64,000 nucleotides of DNA from Vicinamibacterales bacterium (GTDB lineage: Bacteria; Acidobacteriota; Vicinamibacteria; Vicinamibacterales; CAVVIG01). Shown here piece by piece: positions 27,172 to 35,692 of this stretch. A program made the translations under genes and the position numbers. The notes beneath the pieces are model-generated. The model did not search any database and was not told the origin of the DNA. It saw only the letters and a list, made by a program, of their open reading frames with translations. Position 1 is the stretch's first letter. Every line of letters begins with the position of its first letter. The stretch is from contig JBFWPN010000005.1 in the NCBI GenBank assembly GCA_050249955.1, positions 331,739-395,738 on the forward strand, given 5' to 3'.

Positions 27172-29439
27172 TCAGGCCGCCTCTTGCGCCTGGAATTGCG
27201 CCACGGTCGTCTCCGGCAGGGCGTGTTCGAACCGTACGCCGGTCACCCAGCTGTCGAACCCGTGTCGTGACGCGCGCAGTTCTGTGCGGACGACCGACAC
27301 CGCGCCGTTCCAGCCATGGCCCGGTACCGTCATCGACACCCGCATCTCGTCGCCGACGCCGACCGGCCATGGCATGAGCAGGCTCATGCCGCTCGCGCTG
27401 ATGTCGAGGGCCGTGGCAACCGCGCGTCGCCCGGCATGCTGCAGGCGGACGGGAATCTGGACGATCTGGCGGGGGGCGCGCGTGCGTGCCGCATGGCTGA
27501 AGCGCATCCGCAGCGCCCTGACGAGCCGGAGCAGCGCTGGCGGCTGCGAGAGGGTGGCAAAGAGGTGCGGCACCACGAGGGTGTAGATGCTGTCGTTCAG
27601 CAGGTCGCGCTCGGGCTGCGACAGACCGTCGAACGACACGCCGTAGCGGTACCAGCCGTCGCCCGCCTCGCGGTAGGCTGTGCGTACGGTGCCGGTCCAG
27701 TCGGCGACATGCGGGCCGAGATGCAGCCGCAGCGGGACCATCGCTCCGGTGGGCAGCGGTCCTGGCCAGAGCAGGGAACAGCCGCCATCGGAGATGTCCT
27801 CGGTGACGCCGAGGGGTGGTTCGCCCGAGTGTCCCCGGCCCTCGACCGGGAAGTGGGCTCGGAAGCGCTGGTCGGCGCGCTTCTCGCCGGGGCGCGTGCC
27901 GATCCGGAGGATGACCAGCATCATCCCCATGTTGAACAGGGTCCAGAAGATGGCGGTGCCGACGCCGAAGTAGTCGTCGGTGATACCGAAGCCGAGCCCC
28001 ATGAGGCTCCACCCGATGGCCAGCGTGCTGAACGCGAGCAGCAGCAGGTGCGGCATCACGGGGCGCAGGTCCTGTTCGGCCGCTCCCTTCTTGCTGGTGA
28101 CCGCGAAGACGACCGGCGCGCCGCGGCCGAAGATGACGCGCTTCACGGCCCGGACGAGCGTGAAGAACGACACCATGTTGTACAGCTCGTCGAGGAGCAG
28201 CCGCCCCTTGCCGCGGCTGGCCACCTCGTAGGACACGATGAGCGCGGTCAGGAACGCCAGGTAGATGCCGAGGAACGTGGCGTCGTAGTTGGCGATCGGG
28301 AAGGTGCCCGTGAACAGCATCCACGGCGGCGCCATGTAGTACACGAACTTCGGCACACCGACCGTCCAGTGGTAGAGCGACGCCGTGTACGAGATGCGCT
28401 GGTGCAGTGTCAGGTTCGGGGCGGTCAGCGGGTTGATGAAGCCGGCCACCTTCATGTTGCCTTCCGCCCAGCGCAGCCGCTGGATTTCGTAGGCGCGCAG
28501 GTCGGACGGGGCCAGGCCGGTGACGAGCAGTTCGTTCAGGTAGACCGACTTCCACCCCTGCGAGTGCAGCACGAGCGAGGTGTGCAGGTCCTCGGTGATC
28601 GTGTCGGTCATGATGCCGCCGAGCGGCTCGAGGGCGCTGCGCCGCAGCACCGCGCCGGTGCCGCAGAAGAAGGACGCATTCCAGTGATCCTTCCCGGGCA
28701 TGACCAGCTTGAAGAACGCATCCTGCTCGCTGTACATCTGCCGCCGATGCCAGCTCACCCGGTGCTGGACCGAGTCCAGGTTGTGATACTGCTGGGGCAC
28801 CTGGACGAGCGCCACCCTGGGATCGCGGAAGAAGCCGAGCGTGCGGTCGAGGAACTCGGGACGTGGCACGTGGTCGGCATCGAAGGTGGCGATGAAGTCG
28901 GCGTCGGTGACGCGGAACGCGTTGTTCCAGTTGCCGGCCTTCGCATGGGCGTTGTCGCGGCGCGTGAGGTATTCGGCGCCGAGTTCGAGCGCCATCGCCT
29001 GCACCGCCGGCCTTCGCCCATCGTCGAGTACGAAAGTGCGGTGGGGATAGCGGATGCCGACGGCCGCGCGCACCGTCCGACGCAGCAGGGCGATGTCCTC
29101 GTTGTAGGTCGTGATGAAGATGTCCACCTTCATCCCGGGCGGCGGCGCCACCACCCGGCGGCCCCGGACCGCCCAGACCGCGTGAAAGAAGAAGAAGAGC
29201 GACAGGAAGCCGTGCACTTCCGCGAAGTACATCAGGCCGGAGAAGACCGGCGCCTCCGGGTTGAGCGTGTAGAGCAGGCGGTACGCCAGGTAGGCGGTGT
29301 AGATGCCGAGTGCGCAGACCGCGACCACGCGGATGGCCCAGCGCTGGGCCGGCGAATCCAGGTAGGTGAGGGTGTCGTCAGCGTTGAAGGCGACGGCGGT
29401 CGGGTTCGTCGTGTCTGCGTGCGGGAAGGTGTCGGACAT
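27172..29439 (-). CDS. Cellulose-synthase (BcsA)-like processive GT2 glycosyltransferase with two C-terminal PilZ-like modules
   Basis: DIFITTYNED, FVLDDGRR, HAKAGNWNNAF, FDADH, FFCGTGAVLRR, ITEDLHTS and QRLRWAEG align with my recollection of BcsA signature blocks. The C-terminus has RADQR...DISDGG (canonical PilZ RxxxR / DxSxxG) and a second module with DISASG. Confidence 0.8.
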   Translation of the reverse strand: MSDTFPHADTTNPTAVAFNADDTLTYLDSPAQRWAIRVVAVCALGIYTAYLAYRLLYTLNPEAPVFSGLMYFAEVHGFLSLFFFFHAVWAVRGRRVVAPPPGMKVDIFITTYNEDIALLRRTVRAAVGIRYPHRTFVLDDGRRPAVQAMALELGAEYLTRRDNAHAKAGNWNNAFRVTDADFIATFDADHVPRPEFLDRTLGFFRDPRVALVQVPQQYHNLDSVQHRVSWHRRQMYSEQDAFFKLVMPGKDHWNASFFCGTGAVLRRSALEPLGGIMTDTITEDLHTSLVLHSQGWKSVYLNELLVTGLAPSDLRAYEIQRLRWAEGNMKVAGFINPLTAPNLTLHQRISYTASLYHWTVGVPKFVYYMAPPWMLFTGTFPIANYDATFLGIYLAFLTALIVSYEVASRGKGRLLLDELYNMVSFFTLVRAVKRVIFGRGAPVVFAVTSKKGAAEQDLRPVMPHLLLLAFSTLAIGWSLMGLGFGITDDYFGVGTAIFWTLFNMGMMLVILRIGTRPGEKRADQRFRAHFPVEGRGHSGEPPLGVTEDISDGGCSLLWPGPLPTGAMVPLRLHLGPHVADWTGTVRTAYREAGDGWYRYGVSFDGLSQPERDLLNDSIYTLVVPHLFATLSQPPALLRLVRALRMRFSHAARTRAPRQIVQIPVRLQHAGRRAVATALDISASGMSLLMPWPVGVGDEMRVSMTVPGHGWNGAVSVVRTELRASRHGFDSWVTGVRFEHALPETTVAQFQAQEAA

Positions 29440-29714
29440 CGGCCGGCTGTTCGATCTCGTAATCGGCTGACCGAAACCGCCCTTGAAGTCCTGTTGCGCT
29501 CCGGAGTTTCAGATCCTGGCGCAGAACGGCACTATGCGCAGGCGACGGTTGGCAGTCCCTGCGCAGGGCTCCGGCTGTGTTGGCCGCGTGGCGGCCGACG
29601 AGGCGGCCCCCAGCCCGGCCGGAAGCGGCTGGCCGCCATCGTGCAGAACTGCGACAGGCGAAGGCAGGAGAATAGCGTCGGACACAGAGCCGACGGGTCG
29701 GCGGATCGGAGGTC

Positions 29715-30644
29715 ATGGCATCGAGCACGCGGGCGATCAGATTCGCCATCGCCGGCAACCTGCTGATTGCGGTCACCAAGTTCGTGGCCGCGGTCATTGG
29801 CGGCAGCTCCGCGATGATGTCCGAAGGCGTGCATTCGCTCGTGGACACGGGCAACGGGGTTCTGCTGCTGGTGGGCGTCCGGAAGAGCAGGGAACCGGCC
29901 GATCGCGAGCACCCATTCGGTCATGGGAAGGATGTGTACTTCTACTCGCTGATGGTGGCGGTGCTCATCTTTGGCGTGGGTGGCGGCGTCTCGGCTTACG
30001 AGGGGATTCTCCACGTCCTGCACCCCAACCCGATCGACGACCCCACGCTTTCGTACATCACGCTCGGGATCGCTGCTGTGTTCGAGGGGATCTCCTGGTC
30101 TGTCGCGGTGCAGGAGTTCCGCAAGAGCATGGGCACGCGCTCGGCCTGGGCGACCGTGCGCGGGACGAAGGACCCGACCCACTTCGCGGTGCTGTTCGAG
30201 GACTCCGCCGCCCTCATTGGCATCCTGGTCGCCGCCGGGGGTGTGTTCCTCTCGCACAGCTACGGCATGCTTCGGTTCGACGGCATCGCGTCGATCCTCA
30301 TCGGCACCACGCTCTGCCTCGTCGCCTCGGTCATGCTGCGCGAATCGAAGGGCCTCCTGATCGGCGAATCGGCCGCCCCCGAGGTCCAGTCCAGCATCGA
30401 GACGCTGCTCGCGGGCGATCAGGACGTCGATGAAGTGCACCGGGTGCTCACCATGCAGCTCGGACCAGGCACAGTGCTGGTGAACGCCGAACTGCGATTC
30501 GTCCAGCGGTTGTCCGGGGAGCAGATTGTCGCGGCCGTGCAGCGCCTCGAACGGCGACTTCGGCAGGCGCATCCGCAAGTGCGGCAGGTGTTCGTCGAGG
30601 CGACGGCGTTGCGGCCGGAGGTGCAGTCTCGGGACCGGTCCTGA
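29715..30644 (+). CDS. Cation diffusion facilitator (CDF) family metal efflux transporter
   Basis: GGAGG-tc-ATG. NLLIAVTKFVAAVIGGSSAMMSEGVHSLVDTGN...HPFGHGK...FEDSAALIG is a typical CDF TM core, followed by a cytoplasmic C-terminal domain. Confidence 0.85.
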   Translation: MASSTRAIRFAIAGNLLIAVTKFVAAVIGGSSAMMSEGVHSLVDTGNGVLLLVGVRKSREPADREHPFGHGKDVYFYSLMVAVLIFGVGGGVSAYEGILHVLHPNPIDDPTLSYITLGIAAVFEGISWSVAVQEFRKSMGTRSAWATVRGTKDPTHFAVLFEDSAALIGILVAAGGVFLSHSYGMLRFDGIASILIGTTLCLVASVMLRESKGLLIGESAAPEVQSSIETLLAGDQDVDEVHRVLTMQLGPGTVLVNAELRFVQRLSGEQIVAAVQRLERRLRQAHPQVRQVFVEATALRPEVQSRDRS

Positions 30645-30700
30645 ACGGCCAGGCCCGGTCGGACGACGCGGACCGGTGGACGTGGGGAACGATGTCGAAG

Positions 30701-30772
30701 TGACCCGGGCGGGGATCGAACCCGCGACCCTCTGATTAAAAGTCAGATGCTCTACCACTGAGCTACCAGGTC
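30701..30772 (-). tRNA. tRNA-Lys (anticodon UUU)
   Basis: Minus strand GACCTGGTAGCTCAGTGGTAGAGCATCTGACTTTTAATCAGAGGGTCGCGGGTTCGATCCCCGCCCGGGTCA folds as a cloverleaf. It has a 7-bp acceptor stem with one G-U pair, anticodon loop CTTTTAA and T-loop TTCGATC. CCA is not encoded. Confidence 0.9.
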
Positions 30773-30846
30773 AGGAGGGAGCCCCATTTTACTACGCGGC
30801 TCCCGTCGGGCGGACACTCGGCCGCCTCAGGCGGGTGGCGTGCCCG

Positions 30847-31770
30847 CTAGAGGATCTTCTGGCCCAGTGCCGAGAGCGCCAGTTCGACGCCCAGTTCCGC
30901 CGTCGTGTTGCGGATGTCCAGCGTCGGATTCACTTCGACCAGGTCGAGCGACGTCAGCAGGCCCGAGTCGGCGATGATCTCCATCGCCAGGTGCGCCTCG
31001 CGGTAGTCGAGGCCCCCCTTCACCGGCGTGCCGACGCCGGGGGCGATGCTCGGGTCGCACACGTCCATGTCGAATGACACGTGCAGCCCCGCCGTGCCGC
31101 TCGACGCCAGCGCCACGGCATGCTCCATCACGGCCGCCATGCCCCGGCGGTCGATGTCCTTCATCGTGAAGACGTGGACGCCCGACGCGCGGACGATCTC
31201 CTTCTCGCGATCGTCGAGGTTGCGGATGCCGATGAGCACGGTGTGCTCGGGACGGACGGTCGGGAAGAAGCCGCCGATGGTGGACAGCTCCTTCGGCTCG
31301 GTGCCGAGCAAGGCGGCCAGCGGCATTCCGTGCACGTTGCCGCTCGGCGACGACGCTGGCGTGTTCATGTCGCCGTGCGCATCCACCCAGAGCAGGCCGA
31401 TGGGCAGCCGCTTCGTGCGCGTGGCCCAGGCCGCGGCCGCGGCCACCGAGCCTGCCCCGAGGCTGTGATCGCCGCCAAGCACGATGGGCAGGGCGCCAGC
31501 CTCGAGCGAGGCCAGGGAGGCCTCGTACAGGTCGGTGCAGACCCGCGCGATCTCGTCGATGTACTTCTTGGTCGGATCCGGCGCCTTCAACGTCTCCCGC
31601 ACTGCGACCGGGACGTTCCCCTTGTCCGTGACGGGGAATCCCAGCGTGGCCAGGCGGTCGCCCAGGCCAGCAATGCGGAACGCCGACGGCCCCATGTCCA
31701 CGCCACGCCGGCCGCCGCCAAGGTCGAGCGGAACACCGACGATGTCGACCGCGCGAGCCATTCGGGTCAC
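30847..31770 (-). CDS. rocF: Arginase (ureohydrolase family)
   Basis: IVLGGDHSLG, LLWVDAHGDMNTP, GNVHGMPLA, HVSFDMDVCDP and SLDLVEVNP are arginase Mn-binding blocks. GTGA overlap with the upstream gene. Confidence 0.85.
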   Translation of the reverse strand: MTRMARAVDIVGVPLDLGGGRRGVDMGPSAFRIAGLGDRLATLGFPVTDKGNVPVAVRETLKAPDPTKKYIDEIARVCTDLYEASLASLEAGALPIVLGGDHSLGAGSVAAAAAWATRTKRLPIGLLWVDAHGDMNTPASSPSGNVHGMPLAALLGTEPKELSTIGGFFPTVRPEHTVLIGIRNLDDREKEIVRASGVHVFTMKDIDRRGMAAVMEHAVALASSGTAGLHVSFDMDVCDPSIAPGVGTPVKGGLDYREAHLAMEIIADSGLLTSLDLVEVNPTLDIRNTTAELGVELALSALGQKIL

Positions 31771-32417
31771 CGTGCCTTCACGGTAATCGAGACGCCCTCG
31801 CCCGAGGGGGTCACGATCGAGGTGAACATCCGCGGGTCGGTCCTGATCGCCTGCAGGAAGTCGGTCATCTCGCTCTGCTTGTTCACCACGTTGTGCGCCA
31901 GGAACAGGCCGCGCGGCTTCAGGCGTGGGAACACCATGTCGAGGAACCGCTTGTAGTCCCGCTTCCAGGCGTCGAGGAACACGAAGTCGAACTCACCCTG
32001 CAGCTTCGGGATTTCCCTGAACGCATCGCCCGACACCACGGTGACAACGTCGGAGAGGCCGGCCCTCCGGATGTTCTCCGCGGCCACCTTCGCACGCGCC
32101 GGATCGTACTCGATGGTCGTGAGTCGACCGCCGGTCTGTCGCAGGCCGAGCCCGATCCAGATGGCGGAGTAGCCGTTCGCGCCGCCAATCTCGAGGGCGC
32201 GGGTCGCGCCGCTCGACGCCACCATCACGCGCAGGAAGCGGCCATCTTCTTCAGACACCGCGAGCAGGTCGGTGTCGGCCGCCTTGATCTGCTGCATCAG
32301 CTTCTGCAGGTCGGCCGGAATGGTGGACGTGGCGCCCTGCTGCGCGCGAAGCGGGGCGACGAGCAGCGCGCAACTCAGTACCAGCGCTAGGAAACGGGCG
32401 ATGCGAGCCATTCGCAT
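31767..32417 (-). CDS. Class I SAM-dependent O-methyltransferase (family 3, caffeoyl-CoA OMT-like) with a signal peptide
   Basis: MRMARIARFLALVLSCALLVAPLRAQ, then ALEIGGANGYSAIWIG, TIEYDPARAKVAAENI and FDFVFLDAWKRDY. Confidence 0.8.
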   Translation of the reverse strand: MRMARIARFLALVLSCALLVAPLRAQQGATSTIPADLQKLMQQIKAADTDLLAVSEEDGRFLRVMVASSGATRALEIGGANGYSAIWIGLGLRQTGGRLTTIEYDPARAKVAAENIRRAGLSDVVTVVSGDAFREIPKLQGEFDFVFLDAWKRDYKRFLDMVFPRLKPRGLFLAHNVVNKQSEMTDFLQAIRTDPRMFTSIVTPSGEGVSITVKAR

Positions 32418-33775
32418 ACCTTCCGGGCAGTGGCGCGGGCATCCGCGACGCAGTCGGGCACACCCACGCCGCGGAAACCACTGCCGGTGACATACAGGCC
32501 GGGGTGATGGCCAAGTTCGCGATCGATGGCGGCCACCCGATCCAGGTGGCCGACCTCGTGCTGGGCGTTGGCGTTCTCCCAGCGATACACCCGGGTGAAG
32601 ATCGGCGCGCCGCTGATGCCGATGAGCGGTCCCATCGCGTTCAGCGCCGTCTGCACCAGCTCGGCGTCGGTCTTCTCCAGTGCCCGCGGGTCGCGTGCGC
32701 CGCCGAAGAACGCCCGCAGCAGCACTTTGCCCTCAGGCGCACGCCCCGGCCATTTGGACGAGAGCCAGGTGCCGGCCATGATGCCGGTCGCCTCGACCCG
32801 TGGCACCACCCACCCCGAGCCGTTCAGCGGGTCGGCGATTTGCGCGCGGTCGAAGGCGAGCGCAACGGTGGCCGCCGAGGCATACGGCACGTCGCCGCAC
32901 GTGCGGGCAATCGCCGGAGCCACCGTCTGGAGCGTGCGTGCCGCCACGAAGGCCGGGGTGGCCGACACCACCGCACTGGCGCGTATCCGCTCGCCTGTAC
33001 TGGTCTCCACCACGTAGCCTTCCGCGTCGCGCCCCACAGACGTGACGGGGGTGCGCAGCCTGACGGCCGCGGCGGGCAGCAGCCGTTCAAGCGCGGCGAC
33101 CATCTCGCCCAGCCCGCCGGGCAGCGACTTGAACGCGCCGTCCTTCGACGGGGGCATCGGGTGCGTGCGGAAGTGGCGGAGCAGGCTGCCCGACTGTTGT
33201 TCGTAGGTGACGAAGCGCGGGAACAGCGCGCGGACCGAGAGGCGCTCGACATCGCCCGCATGGATCCCCGCAAGTAGCGGTTCCGCGAGGTACTCGACCG
33301 CCTCGCTCCCGAACCGCCGCCGCATGAAGCTGCCGATCGACTCGTCCGAGTCGTCGGTCCGCTTCGGCACGAACAGTTCCATGCCCATGCGCAGCTTCCC
33401 GGGCCAGGAGAAGAGCCCGGTCCTGATGAACGGCCCCCACTCCGTAGGGATGCCCATCACCGACCCGGCTGGCAGGGGATGCAGCCGTCCACCTCGCTGA
33501 ATGTAGGCGAGCCGGGGCAGGCGCGTGGTTACCAGTCGATCGCCGAGCCCCAGTTCGGTGCACAGCTTGATCGCGTCCGGCTTCTGGATCAGCAGCGCGT
33601 CAGGCCCGCCGTCGACATGGAATCCGTCGACTTCCTCACTGAAGACAACCCCGCCGACCCGCGAGGATGCCTCCAGCAGCGTGAATGGAACCGTCCGTTG
33701 TTGCAGTTCGTATGCGGTCGCCAGGCCGGCGATGCCGCCGCCGAGGATGACGACGTGGGGAGCGGGAAGACTCAC
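32387..33775 (-). CDS. hemY: Protoporphyrinogen/coproporphyrinogen III oxidase (HemY-type, FAD-dependent)
   Basis: GTG 33775 gives VSLPAPHVVILGGGIAGLATAYEL (FAD GxGxxG). About 462 aa. C-terminal GLYVTGSGFRGVGVPDCV. The longer track ORF start overlaps hemH. Confidence 0.85.
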   Translation of the reverse strand: MSLPAPHVVILGGGIAGLATAYELQQRTVPFTLLEASSRVGGVVFSEEVDGFHVDGGPDALLIQKPDAIKLCTELGLGDRLVTTRLPRLAYIQRGGRLHPLPAGSVMGIPTEWGPFIRTGLFSWPGKLRMGMELFVPKRTDDSDESIGSFMRRRFGSEAVEYLAEPLLAGIHAGDVERLSVRALFPRFVTYEQQSGSLLRHFRTHPMPPSKDGAFKSLPGGLGEMVAALERLLPAAAVRLRTPVTSVGRDAEGYVVETSTGERIRASAVVSATPAFVAARTLQTVAPAIARTCGDVPYASAATVALAFDRAQIADPLNGSGWVVPRVEATGIMAGTWLSSKWPGRAPEGKVLLRAFFGGARDPRALEKTDAELVQTALNAMGPLIGISGAPIFTRVYRWENANAQHEVGHLDRVAAIDRELGHHPGLYVTGSGFRGVGVPDCVADARATARKVCEWLASPVS

Positions 33776-33782
33776 CCCGCGA

Positions 33783-34655
33783 TCATAGCCGTTCGCGGAC
33801 CAGCGATTCGAGCAGGTCGATGAAGGCGGGCGAGTCGTTGAGCGACACGGTCCGTCGCAGCGGCACCCCAAGCTCGCGCGCCACGCCAGCCGCCTGCAGG
33901 TCGATGTCGAACAGGATCTCGGTGTGGTCGCACACGAAGCCGATCGGTACGACGAGGAAGGCGCGGATTCCCATGCGGACGCGGTGACGCAGGAACTCGC
34001 CGAGGTCGAGCCCCATCCAGGGCTCGGCCGTGCGGCCGGCGCTCTGGAACGCGCGGTGATAGCGGGCGACCCCCGCCCGGGCGGCCACGGCCCGCGCCGT
34101 GGCGGCTACCTCGGCGGCGTATCGATCGCCTTCGCGAATCACGCGGGTGGGCAGGCTGTGCGCGGTGAACACGACGTCTTCGTCAGGCTGTGGCGCCGCC
34201 TCGCGAATCCGAGCGGCAAAGGCCTCCGCCAGGAGCGGATGCTCGTGGAATGAAGCCACGCGCACCAGCTCGACGCCGTCGGGCAAGCCAGCCTCTGCCG
34301 CCTGGAAGTACTTGGCCACGCTCAAGGTGGAGAACTGCGGCGCCAGCGGGATGGCGATGATGCGGGTGACGCCGGTCTGGACGAGGTGAGCGACGGCGTC
34401 GCCGAGGTAGGGCTTCCAGTTCCGCATGCCCACCACCACCGGGATCCGGGGGCCGAGACGGGCGTGGAGGGCGGCCCCCTGGGCGAAGGTCAGCTCGGTC
34501 AGCGGTGAGCGACCGCCGATGGCCTCGTAGTTGTGCCGCATCTCCGCGATGAGCTCGGGGGACGGCGCTCGTCCCCCGCGGACCCGCGTCAGGTACTCCG
34601 GCATCTCGTCCAGCGAGGACGGGGTGCCGTGTGCCATCAGCAGGACGCCCGTCAT
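33783..34655 (-). CDS. hemH: Ferrochelatase
   Basis: ATG 34655 gives MTGVLLMAHGTPSSLDEMPEYL...; FTAHSLP; VVPIGFVCDHTEILFDID. ATGA overlap with the hemE stop. Confidence 0.85.
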   Translation of the reverse strand: MTGVLLMAHGTPSSLDEMPEYLTRVRGGRAPSPELIAEMRHNYEAIGGRSPLTELTFAQGAALHARLGPRIPVVVGMRNWKPYLGDAVAHLVQTGVTRIIAIPLAPQFSTLSVAKYFQAAEAGLPDGVELVRVASFHEHPLLAEAFAARIREAAPQPDEDVVFTAHSLPTRVIREGDRYAAEVAATARAVAARAGVARYHRAFQSAGRTAEPWMGLDLGEFLRHRVRMGIRAFLVVPIGFVCDHTEILFDIDLQAAGVARELGVPLRRTVSLNDSPAFIDLLESLVRERL

Positions 34656-35692
34656 CGCGCCGTGCGTTCGTGGACGTACTCGGCGACCGCCTGGACGTGC
34701 TCGAGCGGCGTCGGCGGCAGGATGCCGTGCCCCAGGTTGAAGATGTGGCCCGGACGTCCGCCCGCCCTGGCCAGCACATCGTCTACGCCGGCCAGGAGCC
34801 GGTGGAGCGGACCGAGCAGCAGCGTCGGGTCGAGGTTGCCCTGGATGGCGCGGTCGTGACCGATGCGGTCCCACGCCTCGTCCAGCGGCGTGCGCCAGTC
34901 GGCGCCGATGACGTCGCCTCCGGCCTCCCGCATCTCGGCCAGGATCGACCAGGTGCCAACCCCGAAGTGGATGGTGGGGACGTCGGTCGCTGCCGTCACG
35001 ATCTCGAAGATGCGCTTCGTGTGGGGCAGGATGAACTCACGGTAGTCGGCGGCGTTCAGGGCGCCCACCCACGAGTCGAAGACCTGGACGCAGTCCACAC
35101 CGGCTTCCACCTGGGCCACGAGGTACTGCCCGATCTGTTCGGCGAAGTGCGCACAGAGCTTGTGCCACGACTCGGGATGGCCGTACATGATCGCCTTCGT
35201 CTTGGCGAAGTTGTTGGAGTGGCCGCCCTCGATGGCGTAGGAGGCGAGGGTGAACGGCGCGCCGGCAAAGCCGATCAAGGGAATGCGCCCTCCCAGCTCG
35301 ACCTGAATCTGCTTGATGGCCTGAAGGACGTGGCCGAGCGACTCGCGCGATTCGAAGGGGCGGAGCCGGTCGATATCGGCATCCCCCTCGATGGGGTTCT
35401 CGATCTGCGGTCCCTCGCCTTTCACGAAGTCGAACCGGATACCCATCGGCTCGAGCGGCAGGAGGAGGTCCGAGAAGAGGATGGCTGCGTCGACGTCGAT
35501 GGCCTGAACCGGTTGCATGGTCACTTCGGTGGCCAGGTCCGGGATCCGGCAGAGGTCCAGCAGGCTATAGCGCTGCCGCAGTTCCCGATAGACCGCCATA
35601 TATCGGCCGGCCTGACGCATGAACCAGATGGGAGTGGCGTCGACCGGCTGTCGCCGGCAGGCGCGGATGAAGCGGAAGTCTTCGCGTGTCAG
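34652..35692 (-). CDS. hemE: Uroporphyrinogen decarboxylase; the 5' end is probably a CTG start at 35692 rather than the ATG at 35620
   Basis: MRQAGRYM..., ILFSDLLLP, IGFAGAPFTLASY and FNLGHGI are HemE blocks. In-frame upstream codons read LTREDFRFIRACRRQPVDATPIWF, the conserved HemE N-terminus. There is no ATG/GTG/TTG before the in-frame stop at 35783-35785. Confidence 0.85.
   Translation of the reverse strand: MTREDFRFIRACRRQPVDATPIWFMRQAGRYMAVYRELRQRYSLLDLCRIPDLATEVTMQPVQAIDVDAAILFSDLLLPLEPMGIRFDFVKGEGPQIENPIEGDADIDRLRPFESRESLGHVLQAIKQIQVELGGRIPLIGFAGAPFTLASYAIEGGHSNNFAKTKAIMYGHPESWHKLCAHFAEQIGQYLVAQVEAGVDCVQVFDSWVGALNAADYREFILPHTKRIFEIVTAATDVPTIHFGVGTWSILAEMREAGGDVIGADWRTPLDEAWDRIGHDRAIQGNLDPTLLLGPLHRLLAGVDDVLARAGGRPGHIFNLGHGILPPTPLEHVQAVAEYVHERTAR

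Noticed and set aside
29440-29714. Possible c-di-GMP riboswitch upstream of the synthase, or NiCo/czcD riboswitch upstream of the CDF transporter
   Set aside because: Several GC hairpins are present (GGCCGC-gtg-GCGGCC at 29582-29596, GGCGGCC...GGCCGCC at 29602-29637, GTCGG-N8-CCGAC at 29677-29694). I could not recognise conserved GEMM or czcD-motif nucleotides by eye, and GC-rich DNA forms such stems readily. It needs an Infernal/Rfam scan.
29532-30758. 408-aa minus-strand ORF starting inside the tRNA (MVEHLTFNQRVAGSIPARV)
   Set aside because: Its N-terminus is simply the translated tRNA-Lys sequence. The rest is antisense to the well-supported CDF transporter.
30645-30846. Possible integration hotspot or genomic island at tRNA-Lys
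   Set aside because: No integrase, no direct repeat of the tRNA 3' end that I could see, and both flanks carry ordinary metabolic genes with the same composition.
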